DNA of 64,000 nt, taken from Lama glama (lineage: Eukaryota). The notes under the pieces were generated by a model. That model did not search any database, was not told the origin of the DNA, and saw only the letters and a program-made list of their open reading frames with translations. Below are positions 1-12,722 of the stretch, piece after piece; within the stretch, counting starts at the first letter, position 1, and the number at the start of each line of letters is the position of its first letter. The stretch spans positions 98,644,001-98,708,000 of the forward strand of contig CM052816.1 of NCBI GenBank assembly GCA_028534125.1, read 5' to 3'. The position numbers and the translations under genes were made by a program.

Positions 1-492
1 TTCTGTTTCATATTTATGTTCTTTTTTTTTTCTTTTTAGATTCCACATATGAGCGATCTCATATGGTATTTTTCTCTCTCTTCCTGGCTTACTTCACTTA
101 GAATGACATTCTCCAGTAACATCCATGTTGCTGCAAATGGCATTATGTTGTCGTTTTCACAGCTGAATAGTATTCCATTGTGTAAATATACCAAATTTTC
201 TTTATCCAGTCATCTGTTGATGGACATTTAGGCTGTTTCCATGTCTTGGCTAATGTAAAGAGAGCTGCTATGAACACTGGGGTGCAGGTGTCATCCTGAA
301 GTAGGGTTCCTTCTGGATATATGCCCAAAAGCGGGATTCCTGGGTCACATGGTAAGTTTATTTCCAGTCTTTTGAGGAATCTCCATCCTGTTTTCCACAG
401 TGGCTGCACCAAACTGATTCCCACCAGCAGTGCAGGAGGGTTCCCCTTTCTCCACAGCCTCTCCAGCATTTGTCATCTGTGGACTTCTGAAT
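1..492 (-). mobile_element. Young 5'-truncated LINE-1 (ORF2 C-terminus plus 3'UTR) in ICE1 intron 10; runs off the window edge
   Basis: ORF 143..469 reads TCTPVFIAALFTLAKTWKQPKCPSTDDWIKKIWYIYTMEYYSA, a typical L1 ORF2 C-terminus. Confidence 0.93.
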
Positions 493-494
493 CC

Positions 495-2200
495 CACTTT
501 CTACACAGACAGTCACATGGTTTAAAAAACAACAGCTGGACCCTCCCTACTAGCACACGCAGCACCTGCTTTGCATCCGCTCCGTCACGCTGCTCAGGTC
601 TCCAGCACATAGAGGGACGGAACATGGCAGGTCTGCCTTCTTTCTGACAGCACCCACTGTGCTCTCTCAAGTTCAAAGTGGTTTTTTCTATTATTACCAC
701 ACCAATTTTTTTTTTTTAATGAAGAACAGGTACTGAATTGAGATGATCATATCATTTTCTTTTGCCCAGTTGCTACGGTATTCCTGTGATAAATCCTTAA
801 GCCATAATTTGTCCATATTCTAAATTACTCATCAACTCACATTCTCAAGATTTTATTTAATATTTTTGCAGCTTTAATCCTAAGTGACAGAGTTGTGAGT
901 CTTGAAGGTATATATGCATGTTATTCTTAATTGGCTTTGGTACAGGGTTACACTAGTCTAAAGAGAATGACAGCATTCCATATTCTTGTAAGTTCCTAAA
1001 CAAGCAAAATAATAATAAAGACATCAGTTTTTCACTGAAGGTTTGCTCACCTGCAAGCCACCTGCATCTTCCATGGTGCTGGATCTTTACCTATTTTTTA
1101 AAATTTATTCTGGGTTATTTTTCTGTTCAGGATTGTCTGTGTCAATTTGAGTAGGTTTTCCTACAGAATGAGCCATTTTATGAACATGATCAAATTTGAA
1201 TATCAATTTCTAAATTAAGAAATTCTCCAAATGTAGTTTCATTGCCTTCTCAGTCTTGGTGCTACTGGCTTTTTGTTCCTTCCTCTCTTAGTCCAATTTG
1301 CTAGAGGGTTGTCAGTCTCACCAGCACTGTGAAGACCCAGCTGATACTTTCAATGGTCCCAAACCAACTGCTTTCTTTTCTATTGCAGTAACATACTACG
1401 TTCTCCCCTTCACCAATTCCCTCTTCCTACTTCGCTTACGTTTCTGCTGCATTTTCCTATCTTCTTAGTCATTCATTTTCTGTAATTCCTGCTTTCCAAA
1501 ATAACAGCCTAAGATCAAAAACCATTCACTGAATCCTATATTGGCAGTACCTCAAGGATTTTAGTAGATATTGCCCTACTTTTATTTCTGAAACAGCTTG
1601 GTATTTTAGGTTGTTTTTCGTTGTTGTTGTTGTTGCCCAAGAGGGGTTTGTTTGTGTTTATGTGTGTTCAGTTATCAGCTCTTTTGGGGGGCAGGTGGGA
1701 AAGATTTTTATTACTATTTTACGATTTATCAGTATCTTAGTATCTCGTATTAGATTGTAGCTTCTTGTTGCCTAGTAAATAGTCATCTTTCACATGTTTG
1801 AAAAGTACTTTAAAGACTTCAAAGTCTGTGGTTTAAAAGAGCTGTATGTAAATCTTCCATTGTGTAATTAGGATTCCAATTCTATCCCTTACTTTGTCTG
1901 CTTTTATTCTATACTCTGAGAAACACACGGAGGCCTCCCATGAAAACAGATCAGGCTACTCCCCCCAGAACGTCCAAGCATGTCACTGGACACAGCTTCA
2001 TGCTCGAAGGGCACGAGAGCAGCAGCTTCTGGGTGAACTGCACCTTTACTCAGTCTAGACATTTCCTTTTAATCCACGGAAATTCATTTCTAGGCGTGAA
2101 ATTTTTTGCTTTTATTACTACTTTCAAGTTAGTATCTGCTTGGAATTGTTTTTTTCCTATCCCCCTATATTCAATCTTTCTGCTTCACTTGATCTGAAAT
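495..2200 (-). mobile_element. Ancient, highly degraded L1 (L1M-type) ORF2 remnant
   Basis: T-rich; short stretches resemble antisense L1 ORF2 (e.g. ttggctttggtacagggttacactag); boundaries uncertain. Confidence 0.45.
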
Positions 2201-4724
2201 GCATTTCCTATGACAAGATCAGGTGGAGGCTGCACGTAACAAACACACTCTACGGCTGGAGGCTTTTCTAACGAAGCATCACACCCGCGCTCTGCTCTGG
2301 GAGGTTTCTTTCTATTATTTCTCGATCACATTCTCTCCTTACACCCTGTCCTCACCTCTGAAAAGTCCGAGATAACAATTACAACACCTGGCTGCATGAC
2401 TCCAGTCTCAGATTTTCCCTTATACCTTTCCTTACCTTGTCGTTTTACACCACTTTCTCAGAGACGACCACGACTAAATCTCTTGGTTCACTGCAGCAAT
2501 CTTCTATTTGTCCACTCAACAATCCAGCCTTTCTAGTGGGTTTATTTCTACAATCGTATGGTTAGTATTTGAGGACCCCCAGCTCAGATTTCACAGCACA
2601 GCCTGCAGGTATGTTCCCAGACGCTCTCTAAGGATATCACCTCTTCAGAGACCAGTTTTTTCTCGAGTCTGGCGCCTTTCTTTCCCATCCCTGCTTTTTC
2701 TCGGTTCTAGATGAAACCTACGGGACCCTGCCTTCAGGAGGAGGGGAGCAGGGTGAAGGCAGCTGTGAGGACTGACAGCACACACACACAAATGTCCCAT
2801 TTTCTAGGAAAGAACACAAGAGGCTAACCCTCAAAGGAGCCATACAATTAATACAATTTCCTGACAGCCACACCCACCCTGGGCCCCCTCACGTCCTAAC
2901 GCTTCAGAGAGCTAAATGTCGGGCCACACCCTGTAGGACTCACCAGAAACTGTTCCTGAAACCATAAGGCTATAGATTTTTGACCCCCAATCAATCCAAC
3001 CAGGGCAAACTGCTAAGGCCCTGTTCCCTCCCCACTCCTGCCACCTCGGATTTGGGGAGACACAGGCTCCCGCAGTGAAAACCTGCTTTCCGAGGCTGCT
3101 GTTTTCTCTGTAGTTTGGGTTTCATCACCAACTGACATCACTCTGCTTTACATCTTCCCCATTAATTTCTAGCACTTGTTGAGGATAAAGGAGAGCTATT
3201 CTTTTTTAAAAAAATCTTCTGCCGTTTTTTTATTGGAATCTGAAAGAAAAGCAGGCAGACAAACAGCACTTAGGCAGTCTTTTTAAGAGTGAAGCCAACC
3301 CAACACTCTTTCTGCCTCACTTTAAATCTCATTCAGAAGTCAGGCATTAACAGAGAAAAGTGTTAAAGATATACACATGAACTAGGAATTAAACCCACCA
3401 AGGCCCACAGCTAAATAATCAACAGATTCCTAAAGACTTCATTCACTTATTTGGAAAAAGCAAAATGTACAATAAAGAATATCCACTCTCTCACACTGAG
3501 GGTAGATATAAAAAAAAAAGGAGAGAGATTTTACTTGAGACAGTAACTAGTTCTTTGAAGAAATGAAACAGAACGTAAGGCTAGAGACAGACTACGGAGG
3601 GGGCGGGCTCTGTTTTCACAGGGAGGCCGGAGAAGCGCCAAACCCTGAAGCAAACCTGTCTGTGCAGAGGTGGTTACACTCAGCAGCTGACTGCAAGTTG
3701 GGAAAGCCAAGTCCTCTGTCTCCAAAGTCTCACTTTCCACACACAAGAGTAGGAAGAAGAGTCAAAAGCACATGGAATTATGTATCAGGGACAGCGAGCG
3801 ACGGAGAATCAGGGCCCAGGCAACTGACAGGTGTGAACTGTCCAAGTCTTAGGCTTTGGGCCATGGGGAAAAGAAAGGAAAAAAAAAAAAAAACCAAAGG
3901 AAAAGAAGCTGAAAGTGAAGGAGATTTCTGAAGGGACACTACATGCCCGCACAAAACAATGTAAGTGGTTTTAATAACTTCCATTTGGAGAAAACATGAG
4001 TGACATGAAAATGCCATCATTTACTTCTTTACCATTTTGAATTGATCTCTACCAAAAATGTGCAAGATAGGCAGAGCAGAAATTCATCATCTCCTTTTCA
4101 ACATCAGGAATGAAAACACAAAGAAGGGAAGCCGCTGGCCAGGGTCACACAACAAACAGAAACACCCCCGTGAAAACTCCAGCCCCCACGCGGAGCCACA
4201 CCCGCCCATCTGCACGGCCCTGCCGCCCCACGCGCTCCGGAACGCCGGGGACGCCCCGCCCTGCCCACCACTGCCCCGCTCCCTGCAGCTGCAAGGGGCC
4301 TTCCCTGACCCTCCTGTCTTCCAGAAACACCATCCAGCTTTGACTCCACAGTTTGCCTGCCTGAATTTCACCATTTTTATGTATTTGGCACCTAAGAAAT
4401 TTAATACATTAACTTGATAAATTGTAATCTAATGAGAAAACTACACTTATTTATTGAAGACTATGGAAATTATACCTTTCATGATTTTTCTTTCCCAAAC
4501 AATACTGCTTTTTGACTCTTTCATTCACTGTATTATCCTATCAGACAGCAAGGTGGTGATAACAAACACGGAGCTGATGAAGACAGGAAAGAGGACGTGG
4601 CTTCTTCTAACAAAACACATGGGCAAACCCTGGAACTCACACAATTACAGGTAAGAGCAACAAGCAGCCTCCAAGCCACTGAAGTAACGCACAGAGATTA
4701 CACCTAAACCCGTAATGTACTCAC

Positions 4725-4781
4725 TCTTATCGATACTTCCGTAAGAATCACTTGAAATCTGTGTTCCAATGTGTCTCAATT
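4725..4781 (-). CDS. ICE1: ICE1 coding exon 10 (E/LRHIGTQISSDSYGSIDK+A); downstream exons lie beyond the left edge
   Basis: Acceptor ttttag|, 57 nt, donor |gtgagt; I found no further ICE1 exon in 1-4724. Confidence 0.94.
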
Positions 4782-4864
4782 CTAAAATGTGGGGAAATAA
4801 CAGTTAAACAAAAAAACTGCAGGTCAAAACAGAACTTTTAAATAAGTATTAACTGAACACTCAC

Positions 4865-4904
4865 CCTTCTCATGTTTCTGTTTAGAAAATTCATCCAGCC
4901 TTTC
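4865..4904 (-). CDS. ICE1: ICE1 coding exon 9 (ERLDEFSKQKHEK+G)
   Basis: Acceptor tcgcag|, 40 nt, donor |gtgagt. Confidence 0.94.
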
Positions 4905-5072
4905 CTGCGAAAACAAAACACCAGCAGGGCCTGCAGTGCGTGCAGGATGCAGCGCTCCAGGCAGGGCGCCGCTGTCCTCGCCGGGGCCTCGCTCGGACCC
5001 CCGCACAACTGGGGCGCGAGGGAGCCCTGGGGCCAGGAACTGGCACACGCGTGCCCGCCTGCTGGCTCTTAC

Positions 5073-5155
5073 CTGTGTCTTCTTAAACTCCTTTTCGAGC
5101 ATTTTCTTTTCGTTCCTCAGTTGCTTGAAGTCCTGAGTTTGCTTGACGGCAGCCT
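5073..5155 (-). CDS. ICE1: ICE1 coding exon 8 (E/AAVKQTQDFKQLRNEKKMLEKEFKKTQ)
   Basis: Acceptor atacag|, 83 nt, donor CAG|gtaaga. Confidence 0.95.
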
Positions 5156-7015
5156 CTGTATTCAGAGCGTGAGTGAAGAGAGAAACATCATCACCAAACT
5201 TACAACTGCTGTCAATGAAGTGCTCAAAATAAAGGACCTACTGAGAGCTTTCGTTTCCTGAAATTTGAAACACCTCTTGTAGAAAGGTGCTGTCCCTTCA
5301 GTGCTGCCAGAGTCACGGGAAGTGCAGGGGCGCGTGCGTCCACGCCACTACCTGTGAGACCAGAGAACCCGCTCCAGTCAGGCAACAGCCCGCCGCCCAG
5401 GCCTCGGGCGGGAGAGGCCGCGGCCCCTTGCTCTTTAACGCTCAGCAGCACTCAAGTTTCAGAGACTTGGACCAGGTTTTACCTCGAGTACAGCTCACAC
5501 CGGCACCTCCATCTGGGGCAGGGGCAGTCTTCTGGATGCTTCTATACTGCTGCTCCTTCTGCCTGGCACTCCCTCTCCCTAAGCCAACAGTCCCAAGTCC
5601 CAGTGTCTTTACTGCAGGTCTACTGTTCAGCTATTTGCATAGCCTTTCTGTGGGTCTACAGCAAATTCTTAACTTGAGTTTTTGGTTCTGAGGCACTGAA
5701 TGGTTCAAATATACTATTAAGAATCTGAGCTGTACTGACTTTATCTGAATACGTTCATTACAATTGCTGTGAAAAGCAAAACCCCACAAACACCATAGTA
5801 ACAGCCCTCTCCTGACTCCTCTAACAAGCTCGAGCATTTCTTCACCCGATTATCATGTCCCATCACTTACTGGAGGAAAATATTTTTGTCACATGGAAAA
5901 CACACTTGGAAAGGAAGTCTGCTCTAAAAGATTCATACAGTCTCACAGGCATTTTAGATCCCTTTAAAAAATGATCTTAAACAGACACTTCTCTCCACAC
6001 ACTAGCAAGAGAAGGCAGCCCTTAGACAGAGCACCATGAGTGCTCACTGCCCTGCCCAGGCTGCGCAATGAGCAAGTCAGAGGGAAAGATGTTAGCAAAA
6101 TATTTACGGTTTAAGTCTGAAAAGCTGGGCTGAATCTAGGCAGGTTAATGACTGAAAATATATTCAGCAACTTTCGTTTAAGTTCTTACTTCACACCGGA
6201 ACTGAGAAGAACCGAGCCTTCCCTCCTCCAGAGGAGGCCGAGCGCGGCCGGGCGCCCGTGCACAGGGGGCAGGCTCGGGAAGCGGGGCAGCGGCAGGGCG
6301 CCGAAGCCCAGGCCGCAGGGAGAGGGCGAACAGCGGGGGGGCCGGCCGGGCCCCGCTCGTCTCCGCGCGATGCTGTCTCCACGTCACAACCGCTCAACGA
6401 AGAGGGTGAAACAGAAGACAGGACAGGATCTAGAGGTCAGCTCCTGAAGGGCTCTGGGCTGCCCCAGGAGGACTGAGCAGACACTCTGCCTGCTCAGGGT
6501 GCACCAGCAGCCCCTGACCGAGGGCTGGGGTCGGGAGAGGGCCGGGGACAAAGTGGCAATCTGGGTGTGGGGAGTCCCCGGGGACTCCCTCCACGAGTGT
6601 GTCATGACCATCCAAATACATCAGCTCCTCAGTACAAAAGCAGTAACTTTTTCTACTAACCACTTACTTCATTAGGAAAAAATAAGAATGCCCCATGAGA
6701 CTCAACTTTTAAAATTCAATCCTTTTATCGGTTGCTGCTTTTTACAGTAAAAGTAGGGGCTGTTATTATTTTGAACAAACATTTCAAGGATTTGCCACAT
6801 TCTACCATTTCCACGTTACTATCCAGGAACCAAGAGGAGAATAGTATTCAAACTTCTTCCTAACAGTGCCCTAATGCACTCCCCCAGGGCTGCCCCACCA
6901 CAACCCGGGACTCAGCCTGACCAAGCACTATACTCCTGTGCAGTTATCAGCGGTTACCAACCATGTGTACAGAGACAACCAATTCCATTAGATGGACAAC
7001 CAGAGGGCCAATTAC

Positions 7016-7053
7016 CTTCCAGCTTCTTCACCTTGGCTTCTAGTTTCTTCCTC
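7016..7053 (-). CDS. ICE1: ICE1 coding exon 7 (Q/RKKLEAKVKKLE+G)
   Basis: Acceptor tctcag|, 38 nt, donor |gtaatt; in frame. Confidence 0.93.
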
Positions 7054-7869
7054 CTGAGAATACAATTTTACAAATTAAAATGGTATAGAAGAAAGAAAAA
7101 AAATTAATAGGAAAAAAAAAATCTCAATGTTACAATTTCCGGGACATATTTTTTAAAAACTACTGGAATTTACATAACAAAGAAAATGTCAGCCACAACG
7201 AACATCACACACAACCACTACAATTACCAGCAACTGCTCTGAGGGTAGCGTGAACCCCACAAAGAGCAGCACGCTGTTCAGGGCGGAATGTTTACAAAGT
7301 GGATCACAGAAATCTGCATTTTTCTGACATGCCACGTCTGAGACTTTTCCTGAATTGCTGTGGCCCCATCTCTGAGCCAAGCTGATGCGTCCAGATGGTC
7401 TCCCAGAGTCAGTCTGGCATCTGATTAGGTGAAGTTACTTTTAGGAGCACACAGGGTGGGAGGGTTCACACCACCATTCTACAGGAGGCAGTGGCTGGAA
7501 CACTGCCCTTGTTTTAGGACAGATTTCTGAGCCAGAGAAGGTAAGAAGCCCTGAGAAAGTTTCTGAGTTACCGTGTCATCACACCTGCGTTAAACCACTG
7601 CACACGTCACTCACAAGTTGTGTAAATAATGTGAATACAGCATTAAACTGCAAAACAATCAACTGACTTCTTCTGAACGGCCCTGTTTATTAACGGGACA
7701 AAGACACCCATTCCAAATGACATCTGTTAAAGGACTGGTACAGAGACAGGAGATAACTGTTTTCTCTAGGAAAACATAATACAGACACACGTGCACGCAG
7801 GCGTTCGGACAGAAAAGCTTTCATGCAGTCCTTCCTGTGAGCAGCTCTTTAACCCATGAGTCAGTTAAC

Positions 7870-7960
7870 TCCCCTATTGATCCTTCAGGGTAGGTACAAT
7901 TCCCATTTCACAGATGTGGAATCCAATACTGAGAGACTAGGTCAAGATCACCCAGTTAAT
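7870..7960. mobile_element. MIR SINE fragment
   Basis: MIR core-like cccatttcacagatgtggaa...tgagaga...aagatcaccca. Confidence 0.55.
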
Positions 7961-8071
7961 TAATTGCAGCCAACCAACCCAAAAACAGAGAAAAGAGAAA
8001 CACTACTGATTTAAGGATTAGACATTTTCAAAGGTGAAAATCATTCCCACAATAATTTTAGAAACCCTCAC

Positions 8072-8148
8072 TGAGCATCAGTTTTCAAGCACTCCTCCTT
8101 CACACGGGCGTACTCCTGATGCGTGTTCTGGTACAACTTCAGAGAGCT
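8072..8148 (-). CDS. ICE1: ICE1 coding exon 6 (SSLKLYQNTHQEYARVKEECLKTDA+CA)
   Basis: Acceptor tttcag|, 77 nt, donor |gtgagg; visible inside ORF 8068..8292. Confidence 0.95.
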
Positions 8149-8659
8149 CTGAAAAAGGAAGACATGCATACTGTCAACTTGAAAGCCACTTGTCATCAGT
8201 GATACCTGGTTATGGCCTGAAGAGGCTAAATTATTATAACTTAACACTATGGAATTAACCAAATGAATAAACATGATTAGGCAGGAAGCCAAAGTATAAT
8301 TTACTGAACGACTGGATATAACCAGATCCTTAACAGAGGCAGTATGACTAACAGTCTAATCAAACAGAGCTATAAAACTTAAAATACACCAATCACAAGG
8401 TAACTCCAAATCTTCATAATATTGAATAGCTAATATTTTTGTCACAACCAATTACAACTCAACAAAACCTAAAGAAATTTCACAGCTTAATAAACAGTAT
8501 CACTACTATGCAAAAATATAAAACAAATCATTACCCGTTAACACCAATCAGTATGTACACCCTGCGGCCCCTGTGGAACAGGAAGGACACTCGGGGAGCC
8601 TATGACAGTGTCTTGTGGCATGACAGCTCTTCAGTCGCCACAGCTCTGAGAAAAGGGCT

Positions 8660-8780
8660 TTAATTATGACCCCCTTTTACAGATGAGGGGTCTGAGGATT
8701 CAGAAGCTGACTTATTCTTCGAAAGTCACGGTGAAGGACTGACAGTCTTTCAAGTCTGACTCCAATGTTCATGCTTGCTC
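8660..8780. mobile_element. MIR SINE fragment
   Basis: cccttttacagatgaggggtctgagg...aagtctgactcca. Confidence 0.6.
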
Positions 8781-9587
8781 TCAGGTATGGCTGGTGAGAT
8801 TATTTTATAATCAGAAGTAAATAAAGTTCAACATTGTGATTGTTTCTGTAACTTTTACTGCAGAGTTAAATATACAATAAAGACTTTCTACAGAAACAGG
8901 AAAATCAACCCCTGCTAAAGTATTTAAGCCTCAGAGAAGTCCATGGCATTACTAAAATGGCACAATTTGAAGATGAGAAGCACAAACACTATCATGAAAA
9001 GAACTCAGAAAATAGGTTGAGAAGCCAGGAATCATTCCAGCTTGGCTATGACTTGTCTCATGCAAACTACCTAACTTTACTGGCTTCAGAATTTTTTTTT
9101 TTAAACTACAAAAGCCATGAATTCTTCTTAAAGAATTCCAGTAAAGAGAAAACCAAAATTTATATTTAAAAAATAAGTTTACAGCATTTAAAATAACTGT
9201 TTCACTGTGACTTGATTTTGAAATGTAGAACACGAAGTCTCTAACTTCAAGTTTGCACTTCCACATGTCACTTTACACTTAGAGGAAGAAAAGTGTGAAC
9301 AGACAACCGATACAGGACACAGAGTCATAAAAATTCACTGCTGAGAGGTTCCTCTACCGAACCTCTCAAAAAGCGTAAGCAACTAGTACAGCATTACAGA
9401 GCTAATAACTCCTGCAAGGACCAAGCCATTTCAACCAGGTCAATATTCTCTAAGTATAATAATACACAGAGGCCTATCGTTTACTCCCTTCGTTAAGACG
9501 CAGAATGTCCCCTCATCCCAATTATAATAAATAAGTAGACTGTAACTTACTGAAGATAAACCTTTGTAGAAAAATTACTTTAGGTAC

Positions 9588-9699
9588 CTTTTTCTCTTCT
9601 AGCTCTGCTTTTAAAGATCCTAGTTCTTCCTGACATTTCTGCAGAGGAGAAATTTTTTGAAGCATCTGTTCCACTTGGTGATGCAGAGTACTATTCTCT
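9588..9699 (-). CDS. ICE1: ICE1 coding exon 5 (R/ENSTLHHQVEQMLQKISPLQKCQEELGSLKAELEEKK)
   Basis: Acceptor ttctag|, 112 nt, donor AAG|gtacct; visible inside ORF 9522..9713. Confidence 0.95.
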
Positions 9700-10436
9700 C
9701 TAGAAATGGACAACGCATTAACGTTACACTACAAAAGTACCTCCAGTGAGTTATCAAATACATCTACTGGTGAGTTTGGATTTTATTTCTAACTGAAAAC
9801 AAAAAAGCAAGAAAAGAATCTCTCTTTTTCAAGGCATCCTCTCTATACCAAAATGATTTGCATATCCCTCTTTATTTCTTTGTCATTATATTCTGTTTCT
9901 AATAAAAGTACATCAAAAAGCTACTTGAGAAACAAATACAATAGATTCTCAATCTGCTGAAAAATACATTGAAGAACAATCTGCCAAGTAATCTGGCTCT
10001 TCCAACCACTGATTCAAATTAAATGACAGGCAATTCTGTGATTCAGTTTTTAACCATGTTTTGCCTTCTAAGTGATAAATGCAATCAGAATATAAAACAC
10101 TACTGAATTCTACACAGGACTTTTAAATTGTTTAAAATATGCACAAAAAACAGCTACATTAAAGAGTTGAATTCAGAGACAGCAATAAGCTTCACCCCAA
10201 AGGCCACACGTCAGTAAGTTACTGAAAGGTAAAACTCCAGGCTGCAATTTAAGACCTTAGTGAGAAATTCACCTGGACAATTTAATAGTAAGGAAAATGT
10301 GAATCTTGTTTTATTATGAGCATCAAAGAAACATTCTATACATTGGGTCAATTCTATGTGGCACTTTGTTGAATCTCTGTAAAAACCTAGTCTGTAAACA
10401 TCTCCCCCAAATCGACTATGAAAACAGGTAGCTTAC

Positions 10437-10455
10437 CTTCTTGCAAACTGCAGCT
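10437..10455 (-). CDS. ICE1: ICE1 coding exon 4, 19-nt microexon (E/LQFAR+AG)
   Basis: AGCTGCAGTTTGCAAGAAG, preceded by U12 branch TTCTTTAAC and an AC acceptor, followed by |gtaagc; supplies exactly the ELQFARR needed to keep frame. Confidence 0.92.
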
Positions 10456-12687
10456 GTAAAACTTGTTAAAGAAAACTCTGATAGTTTAATCTGCTGGAAC
10501 TTGTCTGAAGAAAAAACCCACCTAAAACCATCTGTAATAATCTGTGTTAAATACACATACAGGCAAGATCATAATTCCTAAAAAACAACATTCAAAGTTC
10601 CATCTGTAACATAGCAATAAAGCTTCTTACTGAGTTACCCCTATTTATCATAACATGTACCAAAAGTCAAAATATCTATTTCTCTAAGTTAAGAAAGTCT
10701 TGGTCAAATATATGATTAATAGTAAATTCCAAGAATAAAGAAAAAGCAATATGCAATGGTGGAGACTACCTTGAATCCTGTATACATCAGAATACCCAAA
10801 CAACCCACCCTTCATTTCTCAGTCCACAGCATAACTTCAGCAGAAAAGAGTTATGTATTCACTAAAACCATATACATCTACATTTAATGAGCAACGAGAA
10901 AAGAAATAACAGAGAGAACATAAAATCTAGATAACCTTTTACTTGTACAGTTTGCACAATCTGATAAAACTTCATTTCTCATCATGCTGCCAGTAAAATG
11001 TTCTAAGGTGGCAAAAAACCATTCCTTTAAGCTTCCTCTCCTATACACCCTACTCATGTCGCAGGAGACAGCTGTCTGTTGGTCACAGCACACCTGAACT
11101 CGCCTCCGTAGAATGTAAACTTCTCAGGGTTAAGGAGTCTATGTTGCTCATCCCACATCACTGCAGTCTTTGCAAGGAAGAAAAGTTAAAAAAAACTGAC
11201 AAAATAAAATATACTCTGTCCTGAAGAAAGAAGAATTAATAAACACGTCAGAATTACATAAGTGTGAGAAATCAATTCACATAAGAAGCCACATTAACCC
11301 TCAGCGCCAGCACCTCAGGATGTAGAGCAAATAACCGCACGCTTGAGGTACAACAAACACATACGGTGGGCAAAGGCCAACTGTATTTAGGAAAAAAATC
11401 AGTATTTACTTGCACTTGAAGCTAAAATAGATGACCACATTACAGAATGAGAATTCAAGAATAATCAAAATGTTCTGTCAATTTGTAATAAATTATTCTA
11501 ATAATTATGACTTTGAGATTTTGCAGTCACATTTTAGCAAAGTAAATCAAAGGTTTCCCTGCCAGATTACATGTGTAATTACCTTAAAACATTCATACTA
11601 TTTATTCCAAGAGGATATAATGAACACATATTCTCCTAATACTGGAATTAACTGTTTATCTATTTCCCTGTTTAGCTAATTAAAAAGGTTTGTAAGAACT
11701 ACTTCTGTACGGTTTTAAAAATCAAAACTATTACTCTTGCAGTAACATGCACTTATAATTAAACAGACTGGTAGTTTCAACAAACAAAGCACAAGAGATT
11801 TTCAATGACCTATTTTTTTGAATGTAAAAATTCAGATACTAAAGATAAATCTACATGCTACATCTTGATTTTATTACTCTAATCACACAAATTAGATACG
11901 ATGGTACCAACACAGATGACTGGTGATCGCATGTAAGTAAGTTTACGGGCGCCAGAAATCACACTGAAGCAGGCCTCAGGCCACCGCCCAAGTGAATAGC
12001 ACAGTGGGCTGTAACACGAAGCTGGAGCTGCAAGTCAGCTTGTTCCTAAAATCCCTAAAAATGTATGTTTACTGTTACGGGAGAGATTTAATTCAGGTAC
12101 GCATCACCACAAGGTGAGGAAGAAGCAATTACACACCCGGTTTTCAACTCCACCAGGAAAAAACAGCCTGCCGCACTGCAGGGGCTCCACGCGGCCAGAC
12201 TCAGCGAACGCCGACTGAGCCCTGGGGCCGTCGTATGGAGGAGAAACTACACTGTGGTTTGGATATACTCATTAATTCTCCACAATTACAAAACTGATTA
12301 ACAAAAGTTAATTTTCAAACATCTTGAACACTTCTACAATGCACTTCAGAGATCCCTAACTGTCTCACAGCACCATATTCAGTCCCACATTATTCCTAAC
12401 CCTGAAGAACGGTCACATCTGCAATACAAAAGCCAAACAAACAAAAATTGCTCTTTAAAAAGCTTATGAATCCTTAAAAAAAATGAAATCAAAGACAAAA
12501 ACAAAACGCACTGTAGAACAGCCTTTATCATTAACACGCGTTAACAGAAAACCAGATGCTTACTGTGCCTGCAAGAGGGACTTCCTACATTAAGCCTGAA
12601 AACACTGCCTTCGGAAAGATGACCATGAAAATTCTCACATTTCTATGAATTCTTAAAACTTCAAAGGAAAAGCCAGTAAAAGGATAT
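10456..12687 (-). other. ICE1: U12-type (minor spliceosome) AT-AC intron, ICE1 intron 3
   Basis: 5' splice site ATATCCTTT (12687-12679); branch point TTCTTTAAC (10473-10465) 9 nt before the terminal AC (10457-10456); no polypyrimidine tract; this junction preserves the frame. Confidence 0.93.
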
Positions 12688-12722
12688 CATCACATTTCTT
12701 CTGATATTCTGTTAACAAATTA
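12688..12722 (-). CDS. ICE1: ICE1 coding exon 3 (D/NLLTEYQKKCD+G)
   Basis: Acceptor ttgcag|, 35 nt, followed by U12-type donor |ATATCCTTT; in frame. Confidence 0.93.

Noticed and set aside
4824..5102. ORF reading through intron 8 (168 nt, in frame, no stop)
   Set aside because: Both splice sites are canonical, and short GC-rich introns often lack stops; there is no evidence for a retained isoform.
7051..7056. CAGGAG tandem (NAGNAG) acceptor at exon 7
   Set aside because: GAG acceptors are rarely used; nothing supports it.
11410..11421. ttttag|CTTCAAGTGCAA|gtaaat, a possible 12-nt microexon inside the U12 intron
   Set aside because: Its U2-type sites are incompatible with the flanking AT-AC sites, and such matches are common in AT-rich introns.
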